A DNA stretch of 64,000 nt from Squalus acanthias (taxonomy: Eukaryota). The translations under genes were made by a program, and so were the position numbers. The notes under the pieces are model-generated. The model was given only the letters and a program-made list of their open reading frames with translations, searched no databases and was not told where the DNA came from. The stretch spans positions 68,324,001 through 68,388,000 of the forward strand of contig CM059437.1 of NCBI GenBank assembly GCA_030390025.1, written 5' to 3'. Each line of letters opens with the position of its first letter. Within the stretch, counting starts at the first letter, position 1. Positions 12,800 through 26,819 of this stretch are shown one piece after another.

Positions 12800-13230
12800 T
12801 GCCGGGGCAGCGCAACCTGTGAGAAAGGAGATGCGGTGGTGGTCACCGAGTGCCTTTAGCCCCTTTGGCATATGGAGAGAGAGAGAGAGAGAGGAGCCCC
12901 GCCGCCCTGCCCTGGGCGAGCAGCAGAGCCGAGCTGGCGGGAAGCTAATGAGCCGCGCGCCCCCCCACCCCCGCCCGCCGCAGCCGGCGCGCCAATCAGG
13001 TGGCCCCCTCGGCTGCCGCGCGCTCCTCTCACCTGCCCAGCTCTCCCGCGAGCGCCTCTCGAGCCGAGCGTCCAGCTGGCGCGAGGCTTTCCCCTGCGTG
13101 CGCGCGCTCCCTCCTTCCCACCTGGCGGACCCTCACCTCAAACCCAGCAAGCTGCTCGCCGCCCTTAAAGGCACAGTGTCCCGGCCATAGGCGTGCAACA
13201 ATTGCCCATTGATCAGCCAATGGACCAATG
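12800..13230. promoter_or_regulatory. CpG island / promoter-like element about 10.7 kb upstream of the Lhx5 ATG
   Basis: Sharp GC- and CpG-rich island in an AT-rich background. It has GC boxes (CCCCGCC), GCCAATCAG at ~12991, further CCAAT sites at ~13217 and ~13225, and GCTAATGAG. Confidence 0.65.
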
Positions 13231-15669
13231 TGGACTCTCAAGCCCAGGAAATTGTCTTTCATGTTTCACACGTGACAATATCCAGCCAAATAGTAAAATA
13301 TTACACTGGTCACTACAACAAAGGAAAAGTCTTGTTCCTTTACATAAGATGCAAAATCGAGCAATTGGCAATTGAATTTAACGCCAGCAATATACTTGAA
13401 CTGTATAGTGAGAACATGTACGCAAAGTTTTACTTATGTACTTTTTCTAAATGTAATCAAGAAAAGTGTAATTCTCAGTACTCTTAAAGAGTCGGTGTTC
13501 TTTCTGTTCGTTTGCACTCAGCATTAAACGGTTAACACATAATCCCTGTCACCCACTTGATGTCATCAGATCAGGAACTACGGGAAAGAAGGAACTTTTC
13601 ATTTGGTGCTCCGAGTCTTTATTTCAAGGGATGATGCAATCCATTCTGTAATGTTAATGTCAGATATGGTTTCGGTTTGCATTGAAACGTTATCAGGTTC
13701 CTTTGCATAAAAAGCATTGAGCAAACCGAAAATGGATTGAAAGACTACATTATAAATAAATCAATACAGGTGTGCAAAATCTCTCTGTTTGGATCAGCTT
13801 TTCTGTAATTACTTCAGCCATCTACCCTAATTAGCAGAGTTACTGAAAATGCAACACTAGTGGGAGAAGGGACTCGTCAGATGGCAGCTTTAACACAGTT
13901 TGTTAAGAACCAAAGTAACTAAATAGCAAACTTGACAAATGTAACGAATGTGACATTTACTTGGATATTACAGTTCTGAGTATTTTTTATAATGTTTGAA
14001 GTTTAAGTAAAACTGATCAGAAGACAGGAAATGTGGCATCATATCTCATTGTTTACAAAGTAAGAACTACTTGGGGCTACTATTCTAATCGTTGCCAATA
14101 ATAAATACCAAGGATTTTACTAAGCCAGGACATGTTTGGATCTGGTAAAATCCTTGATACCTGCATATCTTGAAGTTCGTTATTGCTAATAGATCACTAG
14201 GCTTCTTCAAAATCAAATATTGCCTTTTTAGGTAAATAAAATACGTACGATTTAAAACGAAAGTTGGCAGATAGCCCAGAGAACAACCAAACTTCGAAAT
14301 ATGTGAGTAAACTGGGACTGTCAAAGACAAACCATCGCATTAATATTGTTCTGGTACTGATTTTTTTCTGACAACCGATTGTGAATGGCTAAAATAAGCG
14401 GTAGTTGATGTAGTCAGGTGATGCAATATAATAACGAGTTCATGTCCAGATGGTCGGTTTTGATTCGCTAATAATAAAACATGCAAAAAGTGTTGATATT
14501 TAACTTGGACCATAGGATGCAAAGGGGGCGTGAGGGTTACTTCTCGCAGCAAAGGCTAATGTTTCGCATATATGAATCCGCAGCCTTAACGAGTCCCTAA
14601 ATCCTGGTTCAGCGCCGAAATACCATTTTTTGTTGTTCTTTTAATTATATCGTACAGTATGACATATATTATGATGCCAAGTTTGAGCTTCCTGCTGGGC
14701 CTACAATATATTAATCATTTAAAAATATATTTAGAAACAAGATACCGAGTCATGGAACTCTTCAGTTTTCACAAGCCAAGTTTTGGAGTGTCTCAGGGAA
14801 AACTGAACAGTTAAATTCTAGAACCTTAGATCTACTCTCACAGAATGTTAGTGCAAATACTTTATAAAGTAATAGTTAGATTTTTAAAGAAATAGATTAA
14901 TAAGAAATGTAGTCGTTTTAGAAACGATGTCGTTTAATTTGTTTGGGACATATTGGAAGTTAACTCTATTCCCATTTTCGTTACTTTCTCCCTTCCTTTA
15001 GTTAATTGCATACCACCACTCACCCCTTTCCCGAATCAGAAGATGGAGAACGCATCTTTTCCCAGGGCTGTGCCAATGTTGCTCTTGACCCAGTCATTAG
15101 AAAGTGCAGGGGGTTGGCACAGGTTGGCTCACCCTCCAATGTTCTATTCACCGACAGGATGCACCTCAGAGGAATCTGGGTGACTCCCTCCCCCCCAGAG
15201 ACAGAAAACTCACGAGATGGGAACTGACTGGCCCAAGCCTATATCACCTGGCCACCGTACCAATTCACTTCTTTAAAATTACAATTAAAGGAAATACCTT
15301 GGTGTTTTAAAAGTCGGGAAATAAGCAACATGGCGTCTCCTTGAATTGCGTTAGCTTCAACTTGCAGTTTAATTTAAAAAAAATCAAATTTATGATTCGA
15401 TGATGTTTTAATAAGAACCGGCAATTTGTTATGTTAGTCCAATAGTTAACTTGTTGATAATGCATTTGATTGAGCCTGTTATGAATTGCCGCCCCTTAGA
15501 GTCTTGCTTCTAGGACCAAGAAGGATTCTTTATCAAATGGAAAATGCAAAAGTGGGGGATAGTTACAGTTACTCAAGCAGTGGATACCAGAGCATGTGAT
15601 CACGGTGAGAATTGTTTACCTTTATATTTGTTATAGGTTTTTGCTGAAAGAAATCATAGCCGAAAGACA

Positions 15670-15870
15670 CAAAAAGCAAAATACTGAGGATGCTGTATAT
15701 CTGAAATAAAAACAGAAAATGCTGGAAACACACAACAGATCAGGCAGCATCTGTGGAGAGAGTTAACGTCAGAACTAAAGGTCAGCCACTGGAAACGATA
15801 ACCTTACCTTCCTCTCTCCACAGATGCTGCCTGACTTGCTGAGTGTTTCCAGCATTTTCTGCTTTTCTTG
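15670..15870. mobile_element. Inverted pair of the Penelope-like repeat
   Basis: 15670-15770 matches 1318-1425. Arms at about 15713-15762 and 15812-15861 are near reverse complements (CAGAAAATGCTGGAAACAC..GGCAGCATCTGTGGAGAGAG / CTCTCTCCACAGATGCTGCC..GTGTTTCCAGCATTTTCTG). Confidence 0.8.
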
Positions 15871-18800
15871 CATAAACAAATGATGTTATTGTGTAGGATT
15901 CTAAACCCTAAAAACTATTTTTTTCCTAAATCTTCTTTAAGCGCACAATTGAGACGGAAAATGTGAAAGGCGTTAAACACGTCTTTGTCGAAAGATGAAG
16001 GACAAAACTTACTCAAAATTGCATCTATCAATTCTAAAAACATTCCAGTATCAAAGAGATTTTGTACAATCAAATACGTCAGCTATGACATAAAATGCTA
16101 AATATGTATAAGAACAGATAAGGAATTTTAGATAGAAACGATAACCGCATACTATTCCAATTTGGAATGGTGGCATGTTTGCCAACATTAATTTAGATGC
16201 GACAGTAATTATTCTACTATCACCGCGTCTTCTGAATCACAGCGCAAGCTACCTCAACTGGTTTACTTATTTCATAACTTTTACATATTTGAATAAATCT
16301 GAGCGTAGTAACTGTGTGTGCAATTGTCCATGTAGTGTTACTCGAATCACATTCAAGGACTGTGAAATCCAAAGTCTTGTCATTGATGGGTAAAAAAAAT
16401 CTTTATAACTCACTTTGTCACTCTTGAGTTATGAGATCTTCACTCCAGAAATATACTCAATATTCAACTGTTACTCGTCCTGATGCCTCTATACACTACT
16501 TTCTGCTTATAACGACACAATGCCGTTTCCGTTGGCCTTTATGGTGTCTGGAATTAAGCAATTGGCAAGTAATTATTGATCAGACAATAATGTACTTGTT
16601 CTCTTAACGATTTGCGAAATAGACCCATTTTCTGATAGGTTGCTTTATACACTTCAATGATTTCTACCTTAAGACTTAAATCATTACTATAAACCCCACT
16701 ATAATAAATAGTTAATACTAACCAACCACATATTGATACAAACTAACTAAACACATTTTGATACAAAACTTTCTATGGCCTGGTACACTTTGGGATGTTC
16801 TCACTGGAGACTCTATTTAAATTGAATCGTTCATTTTTAGAAAGATACTATTACGGATATTACATTGTAAATCCCCTGTTGGGGGCTCCCAGTGACGCCA
16901 GGTAACTGCACCAATTATCTCTTGTCCAGAGTTTTCCAAAAGTTCCAGTTCTCCGACAAATAAAGAGATCTGAAGGCCATGAGATAGCCTACAACTTTAT
17001 ATGGAATATCCGTGTTTGTTGAGAGGCAATGTTACATTTTGTCTTGAATGACAATTCTGTGCTAAGTAAAAAAGCCATTGGGTTCACTGTTGCAGTAATA
17101 ACAATTCACCTCATGTAGACCCCCAAGGAGCAGCATCTCTACTTTAGGCTCTTAAAAGTGCATTTACATAACAAGTGACTTATTAAATCTTCAGAAACAT
17201 TCTCGCGGGAGTTCCTTCCATATACTACAGTTAATGTTTAGTGTTCCCGAAACTAAAGAAGATATTTTGAATGATAGTGTTGTGTCGAGCTTAATAAATA
17301 ATCTTCATATACCAGTTTAGGACGAACCGACCTAGAGGTCTTTTTATTTGAATGATTGATATAGGCTTACAAGGAAGCGCTTTCTCTTTAAGAATGAAAT
17401 CTCGATATATCTTAGATGTAAACATATAGATTTTTCTATATGAATAATTATGCAAAATTCCTAGTACCGCAGCAGTATTCAAATCTCCATCGCGTGTCCT
17501 TTGTTCCTGCATAATAAAAGTTAAAAAAAATGTTCCATGCATGTTAAAACAGATGGCATTTATATATCTCATCCTTATTCAACGGAAGATAATGACCTTT
17601 TCTTCTTTGAGAAACATTTGAAAGCTACAGTTCAATTGGCTGAAAACAAACGGAGTATTTCCTTTCCAACCGGTTCGTTGCCTCGCATTGGGTTGATTTA
17701 TAATCTTGGAAATGTTTACTACTATACTCGTGTTTGCCTTTTTCATATTTCATAACACTTTCACCTCAATTCGAGAACAGGGATGATGAAACATCAAGAA
17801 ATGGCAAGCAGGATAAAGATACGTTTTCAAGCCATCGCAGTTACTACCTTTATGTTTCTTTAAAAAAAAACTTTTTTCAATTTAAAACTTATTTCCAACT
17901 TCTTTTAAAATATATGTAATTAATCGTAGCCCCGAATACTATACTGCGCAAATATAGCACAACCATAAAATTTTCTTAATTTTAATCAAATCTAAAAATA
18001 TTTCCGCCCCATAATATAATTATAATTTCCCAATAATTTCATTTTTGTTACAAAGTAGTTTTTTTATTTTTTAAATGTAGCATTTGTGTAACCTAATATA
18101 TTATTTTGCCCTGTCATTTCATAGGTTAAACTATTAGCCATCATTGTGCTTTCCCAATGTACGATGGCTAGTCAGTATTTTCTTTGGCTTTTCACCTACT
18201 TAATAATTACACCAAATAACCAAGATGATGGTAAAACGCGAAGGCTGGTGTTGACTATGTAAAGAAAGGTCGTCTAGATCAAATTCAAAGTCATTTGAGT
18301 TTAGGTCACTGGCATAAAATCAGCAGGTATTTGCATTTCTTGACAGACTGTAGAATCTTCTGTCGTCCATCCCCAAGTCCTTGTAAACTTTAGGACGAAG
18401 ATACTGTATGAAAGAAAATCAATTATCAAAGCACATTTGCAGATAAGGTAAGGACACCGGTTCTTTAAAGGCGGGACATGTGTAAAAGCACTAAACCTAT
18501 AAAAACAGTGCTCTTTTTAAATACAGTTCTAGACTACTCTCTGGCAGTAAATCAGAGGGGCGCTGCATTTGAGGTGTCAAAACTTCTGATAAAACACCAA
18601 ACATGTATCAAGAGCGCAGCACCCGTGAGTGTTTTGACGCTGAATCTATTCGACCAAAAGAATGACAATTACTTTCGCTAAGTGTTGCTGTATCAGCCGT
18701 CCACAGACCATTATTTGGAAATACTGGGTTGCAAAAACTAAAATAAAAATGCCTTGCTGTTAAGAAGCTACTGGGAAAAGCTTTCAAAATGGCATCTGAA

Positions 18801-21425
18801 TTGATACAAAAGGAGATTTTTCTCTTGTAATCCCTGGAAGCAAATTCTTCTGATACCATCTGAGTCTGTGCTGCTTGCCCGAGGCGAGCAGCTCCTGCAC
18901 TTGACTTCGATCGCTCTAAGCTCTGAGCGGGTGCCAGCCAGTTTAGTGGTGCGCTTCAGCGTTTCCCAACACCTTCTAAACAATAGTAAATGGGGCAGTA
19001 ACGCTGTATCACCTTCATTTACAACAAATCCAAAATACCAGGTAAACACAAATTTAGCAGTCTCTATTATCACTGAAAGCACGCCTGAAATATATATATT
19101 ATGCTATTTAAAGATTTGTGTACGTGCATACATATTTTACTCTGCATATTTTTCATAAATAAAACGAGCAAATAATGTTTCTGAAATACTTGATCTGTTT
19201 ATGACCTTATTTAGTTTCAAGTATTTCCTTTTTTTCTCAAAACAATGTTACTTAAAATCTGCGCATATTACCTTACGTTGTTTTCCAGTCACATCATTAG
19301 GGAATACTGAAAAATCCTTTTCAGTTCAGCTCTGCAATATGACTGCACACGCTCACAGTGCCTCTGTTTTTCTTTCTCATGCTTTCTTAATGAGACAAGT
19401 AATTGATTGATTTTAATATACATGACTGATTGTTTCTCCCTTGTTTTGTGAGTGAAAAGATTTCTGGGTAAACTGACGTTCCTACCGCAAAGTGGGACGA
19501 GCTAATTATATCTGACCACATAAAAATAAATGTTATATGTTTTAAAGGAGTCAGAGCTCTCCCAGAAGAATTGATCTGTTTACTATAAAATTACTTAAGG
19601 GAATTGCATTTTTGAAGAGATTCTAGCAGTACGATAACAAACGTACTGATCTTGGTATATAAAAATTACCAATGTAAAGAGATAAATTCTCAAATGATGA
19701 AACTTACGTTTAATGCCGAGGCAGTGTTTTTCCCCCTCGGTGAGGGATTCAAATGTTGATTGTCCTCAGTTCTTGGTTGAAGCAGTCGTGCAAGAGTACT
19801 ATATGCAATTTCTCACGCTTCGCTGATATCAAAGCAGTGGTAATGAATGCTGAGAACTATTTAAATTTATCATTTGTAAAGCAGTCACTTATAAAAGCCT
19901 AGACGATTTACAAGGGCCATGCTGGGTTTGTTTAACTTTAAAATTGCACACACAGAGCAAAATAACTGCTCCTAATCGCTTTGCTAGTGCAGTTTTTTAA
20001 AAATTGATTTTTTTTAAATTAGAATTACGCTCTTACTCGCTATTTCGATAAAAAAAACAGTCCGCAATGTCTTTCCTTTTGTAACACATGCCATCCCCAA
20101 ATATTTTATCTGTAGAATGATCCCCAGTATTCTGTAATCTGGAGACTATTATACAATGTGCATTGGGTTTATTGATTTATAATCATTTACCCACTGTATT
20201 GTAATGATAATTACTAAATAAACCGGCTTCAAAAATAGGGCTGATTGGCATTTTACATCAATTACAAATCATGTTTTGGTCTCATTATTCAAAACATTTA
20301 CAACATACGGATTCCGAAAAACATAAAGCTTTATGTCGGCGTTGTTGAAAGGTATGCAAGGGTACAGCAATATGCACGGCATAAAGATCTAACTAAACAT
20401 AAATTAAATTGTTCCATTAGGATAAAGAACTAAGGCATCACAACATATTAAACCGTTCCTGGAGATGCAAGGAGGTGTCCTTGAGTTGCTCAGCCACGCG
20501 TTTGTTTGTTAATAATAGGGACAGTGAGGCAACGGTTTTATTTTAATAATGTACACCTTTTATTTTGATCTTAGTTTACTTAGCTACAATTCGGGAATAT
20601 TGAGTGTACTCCGTATGTTTGCTATTAATTCTGGATGGCGAGTAACCGGCGATGTTCTTTTAAGGCTGAGATGGGGCGCCAGATTACTTCTCAAATGTAC
20701 AAATAGTTAATACCGGAATTTTGTCACACGGCATCTTTGCTCTTTTATGCAAACGAAATAAAAGTCTTTCACAAACAATATTGCCTGGGCCAGGAAAAGT
20801 TGGAACCCAGTTCACCTTCTCAAAAGATAATTTGGTAATGGTTTCACCGACCAAGGCTCAAAAAGACCTGAGTCTTTGCCTCACAAAATGCACATATATG
20901 TAGCACTCTGATCTTGCAGCTAACCTAACCCTTTTCAGACTTTTGTTCTTTTCTGAAACGTCACAGAAACGTGACCTCGGGTTCATTACACTGCAGATTT
21001 GAAACGACTTGGGGTTCCATGTCAAAATAATCACTTCCCACTACACATGAATTAACATGAATGAAAACGGAACCGTTTGTTGAACGTTGGGAACGTAAGC
21101 ATAAAATTGTCTTTAGCTGTGTTATGTAGATGATCCGTGGCTATAATGCATTGTTGTTTTATTGCATCTGTTAAATAAATGCTCATTCCAGTTTCAAAAT
21201 AACTCATCGGTTCTTCCCTCCAGTCTCTGTCAGGAACTATAAGAAACGACGAGAACATTTTGAAGCTATTGCGACGCCTTATGCTTTCAAAATAACACTT
21301 ACTTTTATAAGGAGATGGCTATCTGTTGGGCACTGCCTCCCAATCAAATACGCAAATAGAAAGATAACCTGCCGTTATTTGCAAGTATAACATGTCTCAA
21401 AAATGTAATCCAAAGTTTAGTTTAA

Positions 21426-21431
<6 letters not shown>

Positions 21432-21461
<30 letters not shown>
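21432..21461. repeat. (AT)n microsatellite
   Basis: Directly visible AT run. Confidence 0.9.
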
Positions 21462-21464
<3 letters not shown>

Positions 21465-23349
21465 GCACGGTATGTGATTTGCCCAATGTGGGTTATTGTT
21501 TCTACTCGGCATTACCTTCTCTACATACAGTTGCCTAATCCACCATAAATTGATGGATTGTAATACACAACCTATGCATAATGAGAACTAACTCGTGCCA
21601 TTTTGTACACTCGCGTGAATACTTTGTTTTGAATCGTAATTAAACAGCCTGATCCATGCTCGTTTGAACATGCACAGTGGCGATTATGGCATCGGGAAAT
21701 GAGGTCCGCGTACTACGCCTGGTAAATGTAAATTGCATGTATTTGATCGGTAATCAGGTGTAACGTGCTGTTACCAAGATCAAGTCAGCCAGCCATTGGT
21801 GAGCACTCTGAATATTTGTCCGCATTGAATCAAATAAAAACGGCTGCAACTAACATATAACACGGTAATTAAATATTACATATACTGCATATTACTGACC
21901 CAAAGAAACATTTTTATTATAGACACGTCAATTCTAAACATATATGTTTTGTTCCATGCTACTGTCACGTCGTAGTGCCAAAGCTAACAAAATGTATGCA
22001 ACTGAAGTACTGTACTATAATCAAAAGTTGTAGTGTTGGATAGTAGTTTATAATTGGGGATTTCAAAAGTTTTCTCTCGCTGTCCCCTTCCCCGTCCAAG
22101 AGTTAGGTCATTTCCAGTTACCGAAATTCAACTCAGGAAAGTGCAACAGATCAAGTTTCAGATGTTATATCAACACCCTAAATGCCTAAGCTGTTAATTA
22201 CTTAATAACCCCACAGTGCCAATTTATACGTTACCCTAGATTTCTGATTTTTTAAATCAGAGTTCTTAGAGCACAGGCTATTCTCTTTAAGGCGCGGTGG
22301 AAAGATGGGTAAAATATGTAACTGTGAGTAAATACAACATGTTTAGTTTGTTATCCTGCAAAGGTGATAAAAACCAAGACAGTAAATGAAATGACTAATT
22401 AAACAGCTTCATTCTGTTCCCATTAGCAGTTGCTTTGTCAGGCACTTGTCAGCCCACCCTTTTAACTGTGAACTTAAGTCTACAAAGTTAATCCACCCTG
22501 TATATCTTTCTAATTACCCTACAAGACAACAGGTAAGACGTTATGTATCGAAATCGCTGCTCTCTCCAAAAATGAACCATATATTTTAGTTCGTCACCGC
22601 ACCCAAAAAAGCTATAATGCAACTCAACGACCCATAGATGTGTGATTTCCAGAAACGATTTTAGTTTGTAAAAAAAACGCAAGCCTGCTGATTCTTATTT
22701 TTCAGATTGTTTTGATTTTATTTAGCATGTAATACAACTAACACAATATATGAGAAGGAAAACATCTTAAATGTGCTTGTTGGAAAGTCGATTGGACACA
22801 ATCAAAAAACAATTCACTTTTCAGAAAAGTTTTACATGCGGAATTTTCTCCAAATGCATATTTAAATCAGTAGCCTACGACAAAACACACTCCACTAAAT
22901 CGATTACCTCGCAATTTATAACGATTAGTACCAATCAGATAAAGTTGCCTTTACAAAGAAACCGACGGACAGATCCATCCCCAGGCTAGCAGCTAGACCT
23001 AGCGTTTACTGTACTTAGCTTCTGAATTCTGTATATCACCCCGCAAAGAGCATGGATTCTGATCTTTACACTTATGCAAAGAGACCTTTATCCCTTAATT
23101 GGCTTTTATTTGGGTACCTAGTCTCTGAATCTGTTTCTGGGGAAGATAAACGCTGTTCACAAAGGTGACCCGACCTAGAAGATGTTAACTTACCAAAAAC
23201 AACGTCCTTTACTTAGACAAAAGAAAAATCTTCGTATCAGAAAGAGGGGAATAGGAGGAAATTGTTAAAATATTAGGCACCGAGTAAACCTAACACCCAC
23301 AATGATAATGGGCTGTTTTCCTCTGTGCGGACACAACGTTGCATTCAAT

Positions 23350-23440
23350 TTAGATATGCTATAAATTAGGCGTTTCTATGGTAGCATGTCTCTGATTGGG
23401 CGACATATCCCGTACGTGGCGGCAAACGTCACCAAATCTG
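23350..23440 (+). promoter_or_regulatory. Probable Lhx5 proximal promoter
   Basis: TATAAAT (~23360), X-box-like GTTTCTATGGTAGC (23372-23385), inverted CCAAT CTGATTGG (~23392-23399), TACGTGGC and the CRE half-site ACGTCA lie about 400-470 bp upstream of the ATG. The TSS cannot be determined from sequence alone. Confidence 0.5.
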
Positions 23441-23833
23441 AATAAGGATGCGCGAATTACAGCTTCGTACACAAAGATGATGGAGACAGCATGAGCGCCG
23501 AGAAAAGTCCCATCCACCCCAGATAGGATGAATTCGAGTTGATTGCTGAATGTGTAAGGATAGCTTCAAGAAGCAAGATGAGCTGCTAGCAGGCACATCT
23601 GAAAGTAAAAGAGGATTATTTTTTGCATTTTCCAGCTCCACCAAACTTCAGGGAGAAAAATCAATCCTACCCATCGCGTGCAGCTTCGGCAGAAGGGGTA
23701 AAGTAGCAGCTGCGAACCTGACAAGAGGAACTTGAACGGAGCAACTGGATTTTTGAAGTGCAATCTGCAGTCACTTGAAGTTACGTTTTTTTTCCAAAGG
23801 AAAAGCGAGATTGTATCCCTGAAGCAGACCGCG

Positions 23834-24003
23834 ATGGTGCACTGTGCTGGTTGTGAGAGGCCCATTTTAGACAGGTTTCTCCTAAACGTGCTGGACAGAG
23901 CTTGGCACATCAAGTGCGTCCAATGTTGTGAGTGCAAGTGCAACTTGACTGAAAAATGCTTTTCAAGAGAAGGGAAGCTTTACTGTAAAAACGATTTCTT
24001 CAG
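23834..24003 (+). CDS. LHX5: LIM homeobox protein 5, coding exon 1 (LIM1)
   Basis: [56 protein letters not shown]; donor AG|GTGAGT; 170 nt, phase 2. Confidence 0.97.
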
Positions 24004-25831
24004 GTGAGTTAGATGAACTTCCATTTTCATTTTAAAGCGACAGGGGTTCTTTTTTTAAACATCAATCTACGTATCATTGTGTTTCTGTGTAGTTCATCTC
24101 AAAATATCAAACCCACCAGTCGGGTGAATACTGCTTGTCCACTGGATGTGCTTCGTCTTATTCGTACACAAAGACCATCTATGGAGCTAAGTTTGAATAA
24201 CTCTTAAAAAGATAAATAAAGGCACATAATTAAATAATAACAGCAGCATAAACCAAGAAAAACGCATTTTGATTTTGATTCCAGTACAGGCCTACAAAGG
24301 GCTTAGATAGGGCCGTGTAACTTTAATGATGTATTCGGTGTTACATTGTTTTTTCAAATACCGCAATATGCAATATAAAACTATTTAGCGAAACATCCGT
24401 AACTGTTATTTCCAACCCACCTGGTATCTAATGCGCTAACTGGATCTAATTGTTTCCGGGTCTACTCAATGTTCCGTGCACCTTCTAATGCACCCGGCCA
24501 ACACGGAGGACGTTTAACCGGGGACTTCAGGTATACGGCAGGCTCCAGTGTGACCCATTCACAATCGTAATGGTGCATGTCGAAAGTTTAGAAACTTTTA
24601 AAGGTTTTAGGGAGTACCAGGAAAAGAAAGTCCGGAACAAGTTGTAATTCAAAGGCAAAACGGTAGATTGTACGATGTTCTTATGTTTCAGTAAGTGATG
24701 GAGATAACACAAACGTTTGTTATTTTTTTTAAAAACTGCAAGTGCCTGGAAATAACATTTGCTTATTGGGCCTAACCAACGTGCATTTAAATAGGAAGAC
24801 TGGGACTTGGCTCTTTCTGACTCCTTCCAAATGCAAACTGCTCACCAATTTGAGGATTCTTTTGAGGTGCCTAATGTAGCAACACTTAAACGTATTTAAT
24901 GATTCTGTTAAGCTGCAGATGAACCAATTACACCTCGCGGATAAGACAAAGATGACTTATGATCTCTAATTCTTTTACTAAATCAACGTCATTGTCACCA
25001 AAATCGGCCTGTACGGCAGCTGTGGTATTGAGTGTACGGAAATAATCACGGGGATAGTGTCGGGCGATGCATGACTTTTGGTGCTCTAGTCTCAGAGCAA
25101 TAGAGGTCGGAGGCTGTTGGCCTCTCTCACCTCCTGTCCCGGAATCCCCTACATTTTTCCGGCCCAGAGCCGGTCACCTTAAAATAATAACAACTGAAAA
25201 AAATCTTTCGCCCAAGTTAAGCATTAGGGGAATATGTTCACAAGTATCTTCTAATATCCCTTACTTTTCTCAGTGAGTATATATGTAGTGCGTGCTTCTG
25301 TGTATGTGACAGCGCTTTTATGAAATCTAATGCGTTCACCCCTAAAGGGCGACAGTTATTTTGATATTCCAACTTTATATTGTAATTTTGTCACTTTAAA
25401 CTATTTCAAGATCTATTCTCACTTATGGCTTGCTATTGTGTTTCCATTCCAATTAATTATAACGAGTATAAAAATCTATTCAGAATTCAAAAGGAGTTTT
25501 TTTGTTCTTCAAAAAAAAGACAGAAAGATACTTTCACAACAAGCATGAAACAGTGAGGTGCAAGTGAAGACAATTTAAATGTAAATGCGAGCCCTCTTCA
25601 AGTCTCCTTGAAACCCATTTTATTCATAACAGGAGGAATAAACTGGCGCGTTGCTGAAGATACTCTGGTCGCTTCCGATAAGCAAAACAGTTCTGTCAGA
25701 TTCCGAGAACTGTTTATAATTATTAAGTCCTCGTGACCGTCCTAATTGCACAATTTTCTCAATGAGATGGTAAAGGCTTATTTAATTATGGAGGTGGTAT
25801 ATATTTACATGGCGCCCATTTCTGTTTACAG

Positions 25832-26055
25832 GCGGTTTGGTACAAAATGTGCGGGATGTTGTCAAGGTATCTCTCCCAGTGACCTCGTAAGAAAAGCCAG
25901 AAATAAAGTGTTTCACTTAAACTGCTTTACTTGTATGGTTTGTAACAAACAACTGTCCACTGGAGAGGAACTATATATCATTGATGAAAACAAATTTGTG
26001 TGCAAAGAAGACTATTTGAACACCAGCAGTTTAAAAGATACCAACTTAAATTCAG
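25832..26055 (+). CDS. LHX5: Lhx5 coding exon 2 (LIM2)
   Basis: Acceptor TTTACAG|G; [62 protein letters not shown]; donor G|GTAAG; 224 nt. Confidence 0.97.
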
Positions 26056-26819
26056 GTAAGGCCCGACGCTGGAACTTGTATTAAAACCTATTGTTAATGC
26101 TTGTAGAGGGCGGGAGTTGTTTTTTTTTGTCTTTCTCCCTTATGGGGTGTCACTAATTCAAAACGCCTTAAAACATTTCCCCCCCTTGGCCCCTCATTTC
26201 CAGCCTGTGTGATGGGAAGCTTTCTACAATCTTCATCGCCTCTTTGCTATGACTGCAAAAATCTCATTTACTTTGACCACATGCCGCGCGTTTGATCTCT
26301 AAAACTGTATTTACAAGAAGATTTTGAGATAATTTATTACTTTGGGGTATCAGCCATCGGAAATACCTCTCAGGGTTTCCATTTGGATTTGATGTGGTTT
26401 AAAGTCAAATACACGACCACTATATTTTACAAATACAGCATATTTTAAGCAAATGCTGTTTTCATGGATTTTTTAAAAATCCGTGTGAAATTGCAACTGC
26501 ATTATCTGAAAATACATGAATATATCATTTCGTTAAAAATAAAATAAAGTTTTAAAAGCTTTTGAATGTGAAACTAGAAAATGAAAACATTAAACACGTG
26601 TTTCGGGGAAGCGTAACTATACACATTCTATTGGAGGAATGTTCAAAATTGTGCTAATGACTTGGATTATTACTTTGTAATTTTTGTAAAGTCATCTCCC
26701 TTCTTTCGTAATACTTGCCGAGTTTATTTATATAGTTTGTTCTTTGCCTGCTTTACCAATAGAAGCTTTCATCGAAGCCTGCTTCTGACAGGTTAATAAA
26801 AGCCGTTTATGTCTTTCAG

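Noticed and set aside
12819-13262. Overlapping 70-123 aa ORFs in the CpG island
   Set aside because: Pro/Arg/Ala-rich products in several frames are expected from GC-rich, stop-poor DNA; no recognisable domain.
18545-18566. CTCF-like motif ATCAGAGGGGCGCTG
   Set aside because: Only the 3' half matches the consensus; cannot be supported without a PWM scan or ChIP data.
23732-23833. In-frame TTG-initiated N-terminal extension of Lhx5
   Set aside because: The ATG at 23834 has good Kozak context (GCGATGG) and matches the known N-terminus; a 34-codon open stretch can arise by chance.
26795-26800. AATAAA just before the exon 3 acceptor as an intronic poly(A) signal giving a LIM-only isoform
   Set aside because: A single hexamer in an AT-rich intron with no clear downstream GU-rich element; transcript data would be needed.
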